Shown: positions 1 to 13,439 of the stretch, piece after piece
Layout of the letters: each line of letters opens with the position of its first letter
Position numbering within the stretch: the stretch's first letter is position 1
NCBI RefSeq assembly: GCF_006345805.1
Contig: NC_043021.1
Span: 16,740,001-16,804,000, forward strand
Source of the DNA: Octopus sinensis
Lineage: Eukaryota
DNA: 64,000 nucleotides
Reading direction: 5' to 3'
Notes under the pieces: generated by a model
The model's input: only the letters and a program-made list of their open reading frames with translations
Databases searched by the model: none
What the model was told of the DNA's origin: nothing
Position numbers and translations under genes: made by a program

Positions 1-149
1 GACCGAGAGAGTGGCTATGTCTTCTCACAAATCTACAGGTACCTAAAATAATTAGCAAACACATGTTAAAAGCCACCATCTCAGGCTTACTTGTGATTGA
101 CAGCCAAGTTTTTTTTAGTGAGGAATCACTTGAGAAAGTTACTCTAATA

Positions 150-308
150 GGCGCAGGAGTGGATGTGTGGTAAGTAGCTTGCTTACCAACCACATGGTTC
201 CGGGTTCAGTCCCATGGTGTGGCACCTTGGGCAAGTGTCTTCTACTATAGCCTCAGGCTGACCAAAGTCTTGTGAGTGGATTTGGTAGACGGAAACTGAA
301 AGGCCCGT

Positions 309-339
<31 letters not shown>

Positions 340-495
340 GACATATTTGTGTCTGTGTTTGTCTCCACCAACATCACTTGACAACCAATGCTGGTACATT
401 TACGTCCCTGTAACTTAACGGCTCAGCAGAAATGACTGATAGAATAAGTACTAGGCTTACACAGAATAAGTCCTGGGATTGATTTGCTCGACTAA
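150..495 (+). mobile_element. SINE family A copy (about 400-bp tRNA-like-head SINE with internal (TA)/(GT) microsatellite)
   Basis: Shares the recurrent consensus ggcgcaggagtggctgtgtggtaagtagcttgc...gggttcagtccc...gaaactgaaagaagcccgtcg...aataagtact with more than 20 other copies in the window. Confidence 0.85.
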
Positions 496-880
496 ATGAC
501 TAAAGTAGATAAAAGAATAATACAGGGTGTTGATATTAAGTGTTCCTAAGTTGTGAGTATTGTGCTTTCTGCATGTGGTTGCATCCAGATAGAGCAATAT
601 GCATAACTGTAGCCTGATGCAATAAGTAATTTCTTGATTCTCTCATCGAAAATTGTGTAGCTTCTTGATAGAATTCTGGAATGGTCATGTTTTAGAGACA
701 AATAAGTTTAACCCCTTTTGATACCAACCGACCTGAGACCACTTTGGTTCAGCTATACAAACTTCCTGTTTTAAAATGATTTAACCCTTTAGCATTTAAA
801 CTGACCATGTCTGGCCAAAAGTATTCTGCCTGTTTTATGTTCAAACTGACCAGATCTGGTCTCTCAGACCAACCCTACTC

Positions 881-1031
881 TTACTCTTTTACTCGTTTCA
901 GTCATTTGACTGCGGCCATGCTGGAGCACCGCCTTTAATCGAGCAACTCGACCCCGGGACTTATTCTTTTGTAACGGGGACATAAACACACCAGCATCGG
1001 TTGTCAAGCAATGCTAGGGGGACAAACACAA

Positions 1032-1097
<66 letters not shown>

Positions 1098-1257
1098 TAT
1101 ATATTATATATGACAGGCTTCTTTCAGTTTCCGTCTACCAAATCCACTCACAAGGCTTTGGTCGGCTCGATGCCCAAGGTGTCATGCAGTGGGACTGAAC
1201 CCGGAACCATGTGGTTGGTAAGCAAGCTTCTTACCAACCACGCGGCCACTCCTGCGC
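881..1257 (-). mobile_element. SINE family A copy (internal deletions)
   Basis: Reverse complement of the family A consensus, including the (aaagagt)n tail. Confidence 0.85.
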
Positions 1258-1700
1258 TGAGAACTGAAGCCTACATGTCTACAAATTATATCCAAAAATA
1301 ACGAGAGAATCAGAACTAAATGTTATGCAACAAACATTATTGGTACGGCAGCACTCCTTAAGCTATCCTTTGTCCTAGAACAAGTACTTAGTGGAGCTTA
1401 TCCTCACTGATACAACCAAGTGCATGTAAACGGCAAAATAAATGATTCAGGAAGACTCGTTTGATACCAAACTGCTTGTGATATGGCCAGTTTAAACACT
1501 AAAGGGTTAAATAACTCTGTTAAATGTAATCCCTATTTATTCCCATTGTTTTAAATGAATCATGCCTTATCTTGTAGCTTTGACATTTTGATCATGTGCT
1601 TCTTTATTTTGAGAATGACATTGTAGAGTAAATGCGAGAAGCCGGAATTGGTCAGTTTGAACGCAAAGCAGGAAAATTATTTGGGCTGGAAATGGCCGGT

Positions 1701-1889
1701 TTAACCCTTTAGTGTTCAGATTACTCTGTTAAATGTAATGCTTTTTTATTTAAATTGTTTTGAATTAATCATGCTATTTTTAGACTGTCAGTGTAGGTTT
1801 GGTGTGAGAGGCTAGATATGGCCAGTTTGAATATAAAATATGTAAATATATTGGGCCGGATTTGGCCAGTTTAAACACTAAAGGGTTAA
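1701..1889. mobile_element. TTAA-flanked piggyBac-like MITE (family M1)
   Basis: Ends are TTAA-CCCTTTAG ... CTAAAGGG-TTAA. Many other full or partial copies occur in the window. Confidence 0.75.
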
Positions 1890-1969
1890 ATGCTAAAGAG
1901 TTAAAGTAATCTAAATTAAAACCTTCCATCAAGATTTCATGTTCGTTAATGTTTCAAAGACCTGCTTAA

Positions 1970-2197
1970 TTAACCCTTTCGTTACAGTATTTATTTTGAG
2001 ATGCTCTGTGTTTCTTTCAATTATTTTAAATATAACAAAGAATTTAGTACAATAACTTAGTTATCGTTAAGCTGGTGTTAGGAACATAAATTGTGACTAA
2101 GGTTTGGTGGAATATTTTTATTTAAAACTTAAGAAAACAAGACATTTTACCACAGAGCCAGAGCAGGTTTTGGCCGGGTTAGTAACAAAAGGGTTAA
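1970..2197. mobile_element. TTAA-flanked piggyBac-like MITE (family M2)
   Basis: Ends are TTAA-CCCTTTCGTTAC ... GTAACAAAAGGG-TTAA, with an internal sequence different from M1. Confidence 0.72.
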
Positions 2198-2321
2198 TGA
2201 CAGCTACTGTAGTTTGTTTTTTGAAAATTAATTGAAACAAAGGCATTGCATTTTAATGAAAAATTTCACCAAAATGGTTAATGTTTCAGAAAACTAACAA
2301 GTCATACTAAAATATTTTGTC

Positions 2322-2700
2322 AGGAGTGGCTGTGTAATAAGTAGCTTGCTAACCAACCACATGGTTCCGGGTTCAGTCCCAATGCAAGTGTCTTCTACTA
2401 TAGCCCCGGGCCGACCAATGCCTTGTGAGTGGACTTGGTAGACGGAAACTGAAAGAAGCCTGTCGTATATATGTATATATATATATGTATGTGTGTGTCT
2501 GTGTTTGTCTCCCTAGCATTGCTTGACAACCGATGCTGGTGTGTTTACGTCCCCGTCACTTAGCGGTTCGGCAAAAGAGACCGATAGAATAAGTACTGGG
2601 CTTACAAAGAATAAGTCCCGGGGTCGATTTGCTCGACAAAAGGCGGTGCTCCAGCATGGCCGCAGTCAAATGACTGAAACAAGTAAAAGAGTAAAGAGAG
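2322..2700 (+). mobile_element. SINE family A copy
   Basis: Matches the family A consensus through to the gtaaaagagtaaagag tail. Confidence 0.85.
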
Positions 2701-2917
2701 AGTAATTTGCATGGGCGAGACAGAATTTGAGGCTGTTGGATTTTCTATGGCTGGATGCCCTTCCTGTCACTAACCCTCACTCGTTTCCAAGCAAGCTAAC
2801 ACTTCCCCATGACTAGACTTAACTCAGAAGATAGGAAATAAAAGACACTGCATGCATGACATTTCTTTATAACTATCACACGATGTCAAGGCATGAGTAC
2901 ACACACACACACACGTG

Positions 2918-2962
<45 letters not shown>

Positions 2963-2963
2963 A

Positions 2964-3180
2964 AGGTGGCGAGCTGGCAGAGACGTTAGCACGCCGGGCG
3001 AAGTGCTTCGCGGTATTTCGCCCATCGCTACGTTCTGCGTTCAAATTCCGCCGAGGTTGACTTTGCCTTTCATCCTTTCGGGGGTCGATAAATTGAGTAC
3101 CAGTTACGCACTGGGGCTGATGTAATCGACTTAATCCGTTTGTCTGTACTTGTTTCGCCCCTTCTGGGTAATAAAGAAAC
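2964..3180 (+). mobile_element. SINE family B copy (about 230 bp; ggcggcgagctggcagaa...gagttcaaattccgccgaggtcgac...gtaaagaaat)
   Basis: Has A-box-like and B-box-like segments. Other copies are at about 7775-8003(-), 9528-9760(+), 11323-11543(-), 31037-31245(+). Confidence 0.8.
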
Positions 3181-4599
3181 ATATATATATATATATATAT
3201 GTATGTATGTGTGTGTATGTATCATCGTTTAATGTCCTCCTTCCATGCTGATAAGGGTTTGGATGATTTGACAGGAGCCTGCACAGTTTTGGCACAGTTT
3301 TTACTGCTGGATGCCCTTCCTGATGCCAACCACCCTGCAGGGTGGGTAGAGTGCTTTTTACGTGGCACCAGCACAAGCGAGGTTAGTTTGGCATGGTTTT
3401 TACAACTGGATGCCCTTCCAAATGCCAACCACTTCACAGTGTGGACTGGATGCCTTTTAAGTGGCACCAGTAAGTAACCAAGTAACTATGCAAGACAAGA
3501 TGACAAGCTTCTTTCAGCTTTTTTCTATCAAAGGTGCTACACAGTGGGACTGAACCCAAAACCATGTGGTTGGGGAGTAACCATCTTACCACATGGCCAC
3601 TGGCTAATAAACTGAAAGCAAGTGTTGAATGTCTCCTGAACCATGAGTTTTGGTACAGCCTCTCAGTTTCCATGCAGTTAATCAAAGCCGAGTGGATATT
3701 TTAACTGCTATTTCTAAATTTCGGTATGTGGTAAAGCAAATTTTGCTGAAACCTAATTTTAATTATGCTCATAATTATAAAATTTATATATATATATTCT
3801 TTATTTGACTGCAGCCATGCTGGAGCACAGCCTTAAAGGTTTTTTAGTCTAAATCAACCCCAGGATTTATTCTTTGTAAGTCTAGTACTTATTCTATCAT
3901 TCCCTTTTACCAAACCGCTAAGTTATGGGAACATAAACACACCAGCATCAGTTGTCAAGTGATGGTTGGGGTACAAACACAGACACACACACACCCAATG
4001 CCCATGTTGCAGTTTCCATCAACCAAATCCACTTACAAGCCTTTGGTCAGCCTGAAACTAGGGTAGAAAACACTTACCCAAGGTGCCATGCAGTAGAATT
4101 GAACCCAGAACCATGTTGTTGAGAAGCAAGCTTCTTACCACACAGCATCTGGTGAGAGATAGATATTATTTAATAATTCATGTCAGACGTGTTATAAAAC
4201 ATTATTTGGCATTTTCTCAGCACAGGAAACTAGTAGTAGCACATAAAAACGTATTGTGCTTATTAAATAATAGATGTGTGTGTTACTGTCTGCTTGTCTT
4301 GACATTGTAGGATGTAAACGAGCATCACCATCATACAAGCAGTGTCCTTCATTTCTAGTCATCTGTGAAAACGTGTCTGGTCAAGGGGGGAAATATTACT
4401 TTTCTTGGAAACAGGTGAAGGTTGGCATCAGGAAAGCTTCCAGCCACATTAGACTTGCCTCAACAAATTCCATCCAACTCACGTGAAGCTTGGAGATGTG
4501 GACATTAAAAGATGATGATGGCACACTGACCACTAACCACTTTATATTTAAAAATCTCTTTTCTCCACTCGTCTATCTATGATCCCACTACACTTGTGT

Positions 4600-5300
4600 A
4601 CCCGTAATTAATAAGGGCACATTGTTTAAAGTTCCTGCCTCTTTTCTGCATATTGCACACATCCATTTCCCTGATAATAGCAAGGTTGTCTTCTTTCCTA
4701 CTTATCTTGATGTCTCCCAATTCTAGATTTTGTTGGGACATTTGGAATTTCTTCTCTAAATCTTTCACTGATCCTGCTATGAGTACAAAATCATTAGCAA
4801 ACAGGAGTTGCTATAGATGGTGGAAGCACTCCGTCGGTTACGACGACGAGGGTTCCGGTTGATCCGAATGAACGGAACAGCCTGCTCGTGAAATTAACGT
4901 GTAAGTGTCTGAGCACTCCACAGACACGTGTACCCTTAACGTAGTTCTCAGAGATATTCAGCGTGACACAGAGAGTGACAAGGCCGGCCCTTTGAAATAC
5001 AGGTACAACAGAAACAGGAAGTAAGAGTGAGAGAAAGTTGTGGTGAAAGAGTACAGCAGGGATCACCACCATCCCCTGCCGGAGCCTCGTGGAGCTTTAG
5101 GTGTTTTCGCTCAATAAACACTCACAACGCCCGGTCTGGGAATCGAAACCGCGATCCTATGACCGCGAGTCCGCTGCCCTAACCACTAGGCCATTGCGCC
5201 TCCACTTGTTGCTATAGATACCTGGTCATAGGCCAGAGAACTGTAATGAATAGAAATGGGTTGGGAAGAAAGCCTTGGATGATAATTACCTGCACATTTA
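4600..5300 (-). mobile_element. Decayed RTE-type LINE reverse-transcriptase fragment, split by the 4819-5207 SINE
   Basis: The - strand reads QGFLPNPFLFITVL...QLLFANDFVLIAGSVKDLEKKFQ, a degenerate QGSVLSPLLF and LLYADDLVLIA. Confidence 0.7.
4819..5207 (-). mobile_element. tRNA-derived SINE (family D), full length, 12-bp TSD
   Basis: The - strand head gtggaggcgcaatggcctagtggttagggcagcggactc...ggtttcgattcccag is tRNA-like. The TSD gttgctatagat is at 4807-4818 and 5208-5219. Confidence 0.9.
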
Positions 5301-6953
5301 ACATTTAAACTCACCATATCCAGCCAAAATATTTTCCTTGTTTTGTGTTCAAAGTGACCAGATTCAGCCTTTCCAATCTATCTTACAATGCCATCCTAAG
5401 AACTCTCCCTCCCTCCCTCTATTAATAGGTATCAATACAGCTCTGAGTAGATAGATTAAACGTTTTATCTGTTATGTCACTGAAATAGTTACTATGAAAA
5501 AAAAAACAGTAATGGATTAAGGGTTACCAAATTACATCCTTCTGAAACTTTGGAGTATGAACAATTCTCTGGTTTACACTAGTATAAAAAAAAATTATAT
5601 AAGCCGAGCCCTTGACAAAAATAGAATTAAAACCTCTTAGTTAAACTATGTTAATATAGTGTGACTTGGGGAAGATTTGGCTGCTATTTCTAGCAGGGCA
5701 AAGTGACTTCATAGAGGCTTTCTTGTAGATTTGTCCTTGAGAAGTGCTTGTGCTTGGTTTTGGTTTCATAGCATGAAACAAATAAACAGAAAACAAACCT
5801 TTTATTGGGAAGGACACCAGTTTATTACCCTACTACCCATCCCAGAGAATCTGGGTCACATCATATGGCCTTTGAGTACTTTATTTCTGGTGAGGGGTGA
5901 TTACTCTTTGTGAAGGTTTGACAAATGAAAACAAAATTTGCTTGAAATAGGGATGAAGGTCAAAGGTCACTTTCTGCTGTGTGCCTTCTCATCTCTCCTC
6001 ACTGGTGCTATCCTGTGCCTTCTCATCTCTCCTCACTGGTGCTATCCTACTTGTTTCTGTTGATGCTATCCTCCTCTCCATGGCACCTCTTTTGGGAGAG
6101 AGGGAAGAAGGGATCCTCAAACTGGTGACTAGGCCTAAATACTTGCAGACACAGTGGGGTTCCGTAAAGGTACTTGATGGGCCAGGTGGTGATGACTCTG
6201 TTGACAGGTTAAGTCTGCCATCCATGTACCATGGGTATTTGAACTCAGGATACAAAGAGCCAGAACAAATACCACCAGGCATTTCATCCCATTTTCTTAC
6301 ATTTCTATCAAGACATTATCATGGATACCACCCTTTTAATCCTTTGCTCTGTCAAATGTTATCCTTATTTATTTACATTGTTTTGAATTAATCAAGCATT
6401 ATCTCATAGCTTTGAAATTTTCAATGAGTTTATTTATTTTTAGAATGACATTGTAGGGTAGGTGTGAGAGGCTGGATCCAGCCAGTTTGCACATAAAACA
6501 GAAACAATACTTTGGCCAGATATGGTCAGTTTAAATGCTGAAGAGTTAATCAACCATGGAAAGATGAAAGGCAAAGTTGATCTCAGCAGGATTTGAACTC
6601 ATAACTAATAGAATTGTAACAAATGCACAAGGCATTCCTGTGTAATTCTCTAAAGACTGCTTGTGGAATTATCTTACTACAACCCCAAAGTCCCATAATA
6701 CAAGTTCTCCCCTATTAATTCTACCAAATGCACTCATCTCTTCTGTGATTCATGTTCTTTAACATGGTATTGACTTAACTTTTTGACATTTAAACTAACC
6801 ATATCTGGTCCAAATTTTCTACTTTTTTTATGTACAAACAGGCTGGATCAGGCCTCTCATACCTACCATACAATGTTATTCTAAAAGTCTATAAACACAC
6901 CATTGAAATCTTGACGTACAAGATAATCCATGATTAATTCAAAATGATACTCT

Positions 6954-7311
6954 CTCTTTACTCTTTTACTTGTTTCAGTCATTTGACTGTGGCCATGCTG
7001 GAGCACCACCTTTTAGTCGAGTAAATCGACCCCAGGACTTATTCTTTGTAAGCCTAGTACTTATTCTATTGGTCTCTTTTGCCGAACCGCTAAGTTACGA
7101 GGACGTAAACACACCAGCATCGGTTGTCAAGTGATATTGGGAGGGACAAACACAGACACACAAACATGTACACACACACCACATACATATACATATATAT
7201 ATACGACGGGCTTCTTTCAGTTTCCGTTTACCAAATTCACTCACAAGGCTTTGGTCGGCCCGAGGCTATAGTAGAAGACACTTGCCCAAGGTGCCACGCA
7301 GTGGGACTGAA
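6954..7311 (-). mobile_element. SINE family A copy (head truncated)
   Basis: Reverse-complement consensus match. Confidence 0.85.
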
Positions 7312-8231
7312 CAAGAGGGAGAATTTTTGACCTGGATATGGCCAGTCTGAATGCTAAAGGGTTAAACTCCTGAGGCCACCACCAGTCTAGTTCACTGCAT
7401 GGCCACAGATGATGTTGTGTGTGTGTCTTGTGTTTACATACACTTCTTTACACTGCACTTCTTAGTGGTGATACCAAAATTTTGAAAGATTCTCTACTTA
7501 TTTAGTTTAACCCTTTAGCATTTAAACTGGCCATATCTGGCCCAAATATTCTACCTGTTTTAGATTTGAGATTGCCCAGATCTCGCCTTTCATACCTATT
7601 TCTTTATTACCCACAAGGGGCTAAACATAGAGGGGACAAACATAGGTATTAAGTCGATTACATCGACCCCAGTGCGTAACTGGTATTTAATTTATCGACC
7701 CCGAAAGGATAAAAGCGGGGCTGTAGGAATGTACGCAGCACGTGTACTACAGCAGTACTATGCATAACTTAAATACCTATTTCTTTACTACCACAAGGGG
7801 CTAAACATAGAGGGGACAAACAAGGACAGACAAACGGATTAAGTTGATTACATCGACCCCAGAGCGTAACTGGTACTTAATTTATCGACCCCAGGAAGAT
7901 GAAAGGCAAAGTCGACCTCGGCGGAATTTGAACTTACAACGTTACGGCAGCCGAAATACCGCTAAGCATTTCGCCCGACGTGCTAACGATTCTGCCAGCT
8001 CGCTGCCTTTCATACCTACCTTACATCATTGAAATCTCAGTCACTAGATAATGCAGGATTAATTAAAAACTATGAGAATAAATAAAGATTACATGGGTCA
8101 GCGTAACCTGAATGCTAAATGGCTAACCCTTTTGCATTCGAACTGGCCACATCTAGCCCAGATATTCCACCTGTTTTATGTTTTAACTGGTCAGGTCTGG
8201 CCCCTTATGCCTACCCTACAATATTATTGGC

Positions 8232-8535
8232 ACGTAAAAAGCACCATCCGTTCATGTCCGTTGCCAGCCTCGCCTGGCCCCCGTGCCAGTGGCACATAAA
8301 AAGCACCATCCGTTCTTGGCCGTTTGCCAGCTCTGTCTGGCACCTGTGCGGGTGGCACGTAAAAAGCACCCACTACACTCATGGAGTGGTTGGCGTTAGG
8401 AAGGGCATCCAGCCGTAGAAACACTGCCAGATTTGACTGGGCCTGATGAAGCCTTCTGGCTTCACAGACCCCAGTAGAACCGTCCAACCCATGCTAGCAT
8501 GGAAAACGGATGCTAAACGATGATGATGATGATCA
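8232..8535 (+). mobile_element. Repeat family C copy (..aggaagggcatccagctgtagaaac..gcatggaaagcggacgttaaac(gat)n), probably an RTE-mobilised SINE or LINE 3' end
   Basis: Recurrent consensus with a (GAT)n tail. Other copies are at about 3224-3470, 11546-12100, 15660-15830, 21985-22270, 40845-41090 and 48840-49180. Confidence 0.7.
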
Positions 8536-8734
8536 TCATCATCATCATCAAAATCTTGACGCTACCAGATAATGCATGATTAATTCAAAACAATGAAAAT
8601 CAATAAGCATTACATTTGACAAAGTAATCTGAATTCTGAAGGGTTAAGCTAGCCATATTTGGCCCAAATATTCTGTCTGTTTCATGTTCAAACTGATTAG
8701 ATTGGCCTCTCACACCTACCTTATAATGTCATCG

Positions 8735-9100
8735 CAGGAGTGGAGTGGCTGTGTGGTAAGTAGCTTGCTAACCAACCACATGGTTCCGGGTTCAGTCCCA
8801 CTGCGTGGCATTTTGGGCAAGTGTCTTCTGCTATAGCCCCGGGCCGACCAATGCCTTGTGAGTGGATTTGGTAGATGTGGTATATATATGTGTGTGTGTG
8901 TATGTTTGTGTGTCTGTGTTTGTCCCCCTAGCATTGCTTGACAACCGATGCTGGTGTGTTTACGTCCCCGTCACTTAGCGGTTCAGCAAAAGAGACCGAT
9001 AGAATAAGTACAGGGCTTACAAAGAGTAAGTCCCGGGGTCGATTTACTCGACTAGAGGTGGTGCTCCAGCATGGCCGCAGTCAAATGACTGAAACAAGTA
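8735..9100 (+). mobile_element. SINE family A copy
   Basis: Consensus match. Confidence 0.85.
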
Positions 9101-10137
9101 ACAAAAAAAGAAAAAAAAGAGAGAAAAAATCCCATCACTGAATTCTTAAAACCATCAGAAAATGCATGATTAATTCAAAATAATGTAAAACAAATAAGGA
9201 TTACCTTTGATAAAGTAATCTGACTGCTAAAGGGTTGAATGTTGCCCTTTGCTATCGCTTCAGTAGGTCAGCAAACTGAGAACATCGGTGGCAGCGTCAG
9301 GCGTGAATACTGATCAATATTGGTCCAAGACAAAATAGAACTGTTGTAAGACGTTGTCCATGGTATTTCGGTACATAAGCTGTGTGATGTCTGTAGTATT
9401 GCTTCATCTACTGTTTACGATATTAACAGGACAAAATATTGAGGTTCCGTGCAAACAGTGATTAATAATTATATTTCATTTATGAAATCTGTATTTAACC
9501 GTTTAGCATTCACATTATTCTGTCAAAAGGTGGCGAGCTGGCAGAATCGTTAGCACGCCAGGTGAAATACTTAGTAGTATTTCGTCTGTCTTTATGTTCT
9601 GAGTTCAAATTCTGCCGAGGTCAACTTTGCCTGTCATCCTTTCAGGGTTGATAAATTAAGTACCAGTTATGCACTGGGGTCAATGTGATCGACTTAATCC
9701 CTTTGTCTGTCCTTGTTTGTCCCCTCTATGTTTAGCCCCTTGTGGGCAATAAAGAAATAAGAATCGTTAGCACGCCAAGTGAAATGCTTAGTAGTTTTTC
9801 ACCTGTCTTTACATTTTGAGTTCAAATTCTGCCAAGGTTGACTTTGCCTCTCATCCTTTCATGATGAATTAAGTACCAGTTGCGTACTGGGTCAATCTAA
9901 TCAACAAGTCCCCTCCCACCAAATTTCAGGCCTTGTGCCTATAGCGGAAAGGATTATTCTGTCAAGAGAAAAGCTTATTTATTCACATTGTTTTAAATTA
10001 ATCATACATTATCTTGTAGCTTTGAGATTTCAGTGATATTGTATATTTTTAGACTGATATTTTAGGGTAGATGGGAGAAGCTGAACCTGACCAATTTGAT
10101 CATAAAACAAGTAGAGTATTTTGGCTGGATGTGACTA

Positions 10138-10303
10138 GGCGCAGGAGTGGCTGTGTGGTAAGTAGCTTGTTTACCAACCACATGGTTCTGGGTTCAGTCC
10201 CACTGCGTGGCACCTTGGGCAAGTGTCTTCTACTATAGCCTCGGGCCGACCAAAGCCTTGTGAGAGGATTTGGTAGACGGAAACTGAAAAGAAGCCCGTC
10301 GTA

Positions 10304-10334
<31 letters not shown>

Positions 10335-10547
10335 GCGTGTGTGTGTTTGTGTGTCTGTGTTTGTCCCCCTAGCATTGCTTGACAACCGATGTTGGTGTGT
10401 TTACGTCCCCGTCACTTAGCGGTTCGGCAAAAAAGACCGATAGAATAAGTACTGGGCTTACAAAAAAATAAGTCCCGGGGTCGAGTTGCTTGATTAAAGG
10501 CGGTGCTCCAGCATGGCCGCAGTCAAATGACTGAAACAAGTAAAGAG
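10138..10547 (+). mobile_element. SINE family A copy (near full length)
   Basis: Consensus match from ggcgcaggagtgg to the aagtaaagag tail. Confidence 0.88.
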
Positions 10548-12363
10548 TTCAAATGCTAAAGGGTTCATAAGCTGTGTTTGTTTAATTTAAGTTTCTATCA
10601 GTTCATGGTTCTGTAGACACATGGGAGGTGTATAATTAATAGATTAGAGGTGTGTTGATGAAGTATTATTATGTGATTATGGATAGCATGACAAAACAGT
10701 TAATCCATCAAGGCTTTGGAACCAAGGATATTGGAAAATCAGTGGTGTATTTCTAAAGCTGTTTTCATTGAGCTTCTGCTCAGTTTTAATCTAGGAAACC
10801 TCCAATCAAATACATTCCAACTTTGATCATCCTCTCCCTTCCTATATTATCCAGAGCCCTTCCTCTTTTAAGATGATACTCTGTGATTTTAAGGAGTTTT
10901 GTCTGCTATTTGTAGCACGTCAACAGACCAGAAGTTCCTTGTTATTACAGATTGCATTTATTTTCTCATATAGACATTGTTAATGTTACTTTTTCATTTT
11001 GCATAAGGACAATATTTTTCAGGGAAGGAATATGTTTTATTCACCAGACTAAAATCCTTCCTTTCAAAAATGCTGGTCTTTTTACTTAAATCCTTTGTTA
11101 CTGTATTTCTGTTGAAATATACTGCATTTGTCTTGAATGATTTTGAAAATAATGACGAATTCAATAAAGTAACTTTGTTGTTATTAAGATGGTGTTTAAG
11201 GTGCCGAGCTGGCAGAATCGTTAGAATGTCGGGCAAAATGCTTAGTGGTATTTCATCAGCCACTGAGGTTGACTTTGCCTTTCATCCTTCTGGGATCATC
11301 ATCATCATTATCTATTTCTTTACTACCCACAAGGGGCCGAACACAGAGAGGACAAACAAGGACAGACAAACGGATTAAGTCGATTATATCGACCCCAGTG
11401 CGAAACTGGTACTTATTTAATCGACCCCGAAAGGATGAAAGGCAAAGTCGACCTTGGCGGAATTTGAACTCAGAACGTAACGGCAGATGAAATACGGCTA
11501 CGCATTTCGTCCGGTGTGCTAACGGTTCTGCCAGCTCACCGCCATCATTATTGTTTAATGTTCGCCTTCCATGCTAGCATGGGTTGGACGATTTTGACTG
11601 AGGGCTGGTGAGCCAGATGGCTGCACCAGGCTCCAATCTTGATCTGGCAGAGTTTCTACAGCTGGATGCCCTTCTTAACGCCAACCACTCCGAGAGTGTA
11701 GTGGGTGCTTTTTACATGCCACCGGCACGGGGGCCAGTCAGGCGGTACTGGCAATGACCTCACTCGAATCTTTTTACATGTGCCACTGGCACAGGTCCCA
11801 GTGGAGTGATGTTGGTAACGATCACACTTGAATGATGCCCTTGTACGTGCCACGGGTACGGAAGCCAGTTGGCTGCTCTGGCAATGATCACACTTGGATA
11901 GTGGGGTACGGAAGCCAGTTGGCTGCTCTGGCAACGATCATGCTCGGATGGTGCTCTTGGCACCCTACTAGCACAGGCATAAGTGCCAGTAAGGCAACGC
12001 TGGTAACGATCATACTCGAATAGCCGCTCTATCAACGATCACACGCGTATGGTGTCTTTGCACCCCGCTAGCACAGATGCCAGTTATCGAATTGATTTTG
12101 ATTTTACTTGCCTCAACAGGTCAATTAAATAAATACCAGTTACACACTGGGGTGGATGTAATCGACTTAAACCCTTCCCCCAAATTTGAGGCCTTGTGAT
12201 TCCAGTAGAAAGGATTATTAAGCAGGTGTTTGGAACATAAATTAACATGAAATTTTGAAGATTTTTAATTTACATCATTTTAAAACAGGAAGTTCATATC
12301 ACAGAACCAGGGTCAGTTTCTGTTGGGTTGGCACCAAAAAAGGTCAACTCTTTTATTACTTAA

Positions 12364-12751
12364 CTAGCAGTATCGCCCGGCGTTGCTCGGGTTTGTAAGG
12401 GAAATAACTATATAAGCATTTTTAGAGAGTTATAGCCAAAAAAATGCATTAAAAATGGGAAAAAAATTATGGTAAATTTTTTTTTAAATCGTTGACTCAT
12501 TGTAGACATTTTTAGAGAGTTACTTCCCTTATATAATAGCGAAAAGATGCATTAAAATGGAAAAAAATGATGGTAAATTTTTTTTAAATCGTAGACTCAT
12601 CGTAGACGCGCACTAATACCCAGAAGGGCTCGATATGAATCACGACTATAAGATACCCGAGTTTTGGTTAAACTGCACCACAAAATTTGGGAGTAGTTAG
12701 GAATCTAAATCGTAGGAGACAGACACACAACTTCTCTTTTATATATAAAGA
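12364..12751 (-). mobile_element. Non-autonomous Helitron (family H1)
   Basis: The - strand reads A|TC...CCCGAGCAACGCCGGG hairpin...CTAG|T, with no TSD. Confidence 0.85.
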
Positions 12752-13408
12752 TTTAAGTAAAAAGACCAGCATTTTTGAAAGGAAGGATTTTAGTCTGGTG
12801 AAAAAAACATTCCTTCTCTGTAAAATATTGTCCTTATGCAAAATGAAAAAGTAACATTAACAATGTCTATATGAGAAAATAAATGCAATCTATAATAACA
12901 AGGAACTACCTTTGTTGCAAATAATTTTGAAAATAATGAAGGATTTAGTATTAAAAGAAAACAACAAAACAACTCATTATTTAGCTGATGTTTTGGAACA
13001 TAAATTAGCAAGAAATTTTGATGGAAGGTTTAATTTGGATCATTTTAAAACAAGGAAGTTTGTATCATAGAACCAGGAATGGTTCCAGGTGGGTTGGTAC
13101 TAAAAGGGTTAAATTAGAAACATTTGTTGTTGCTGTTGAAGACTGTTGCTTTTGTATTCACTTGTGCCATATTTCTGGGGAAAATGTCTGTTTTTGTGAT
13201 TTTCTTGAAAAATATTCTTTTTAAAAACTTTAGTTGCCATAGTAACTGCCAGAAAGGTCAGAAAAGCTAGCCAAGACTGGCGAATGTAGAATTGGATACT
13301 GAAATAGTTTTTTTTTTACTTGCTCATTGCAAAAAAATGGGGGAGAAAAATAAGAGAATTTTTTTCTACTTTTTGCTAGTGGAGTATAAAGATCTGGTGG
13401 GTGGGGAG

Positions 13409-13439
<31 letters not shown>

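Noticed and set aside
4577-4768. ORF MKDLEKKFQMSQQ as the SZRD1 N-terminus (resembles LEKKLK)
   Set aside because: It is on the wrong strand, and the upstream context LLFANDFVLIA identifies it as a LINE RT relic.
5100-5207. tRNA gene
   Set aside because: The tRNA-like head continues into a 290-bp body and is flanked by a TSD, so it is a SINE.
5981-6391. 136-aa (+) and 97-aa (-) ORFs
   Set aside because: No recognisable domain or splice support. They are partly produced by a 34-bp tandem duplication (5981-6048).
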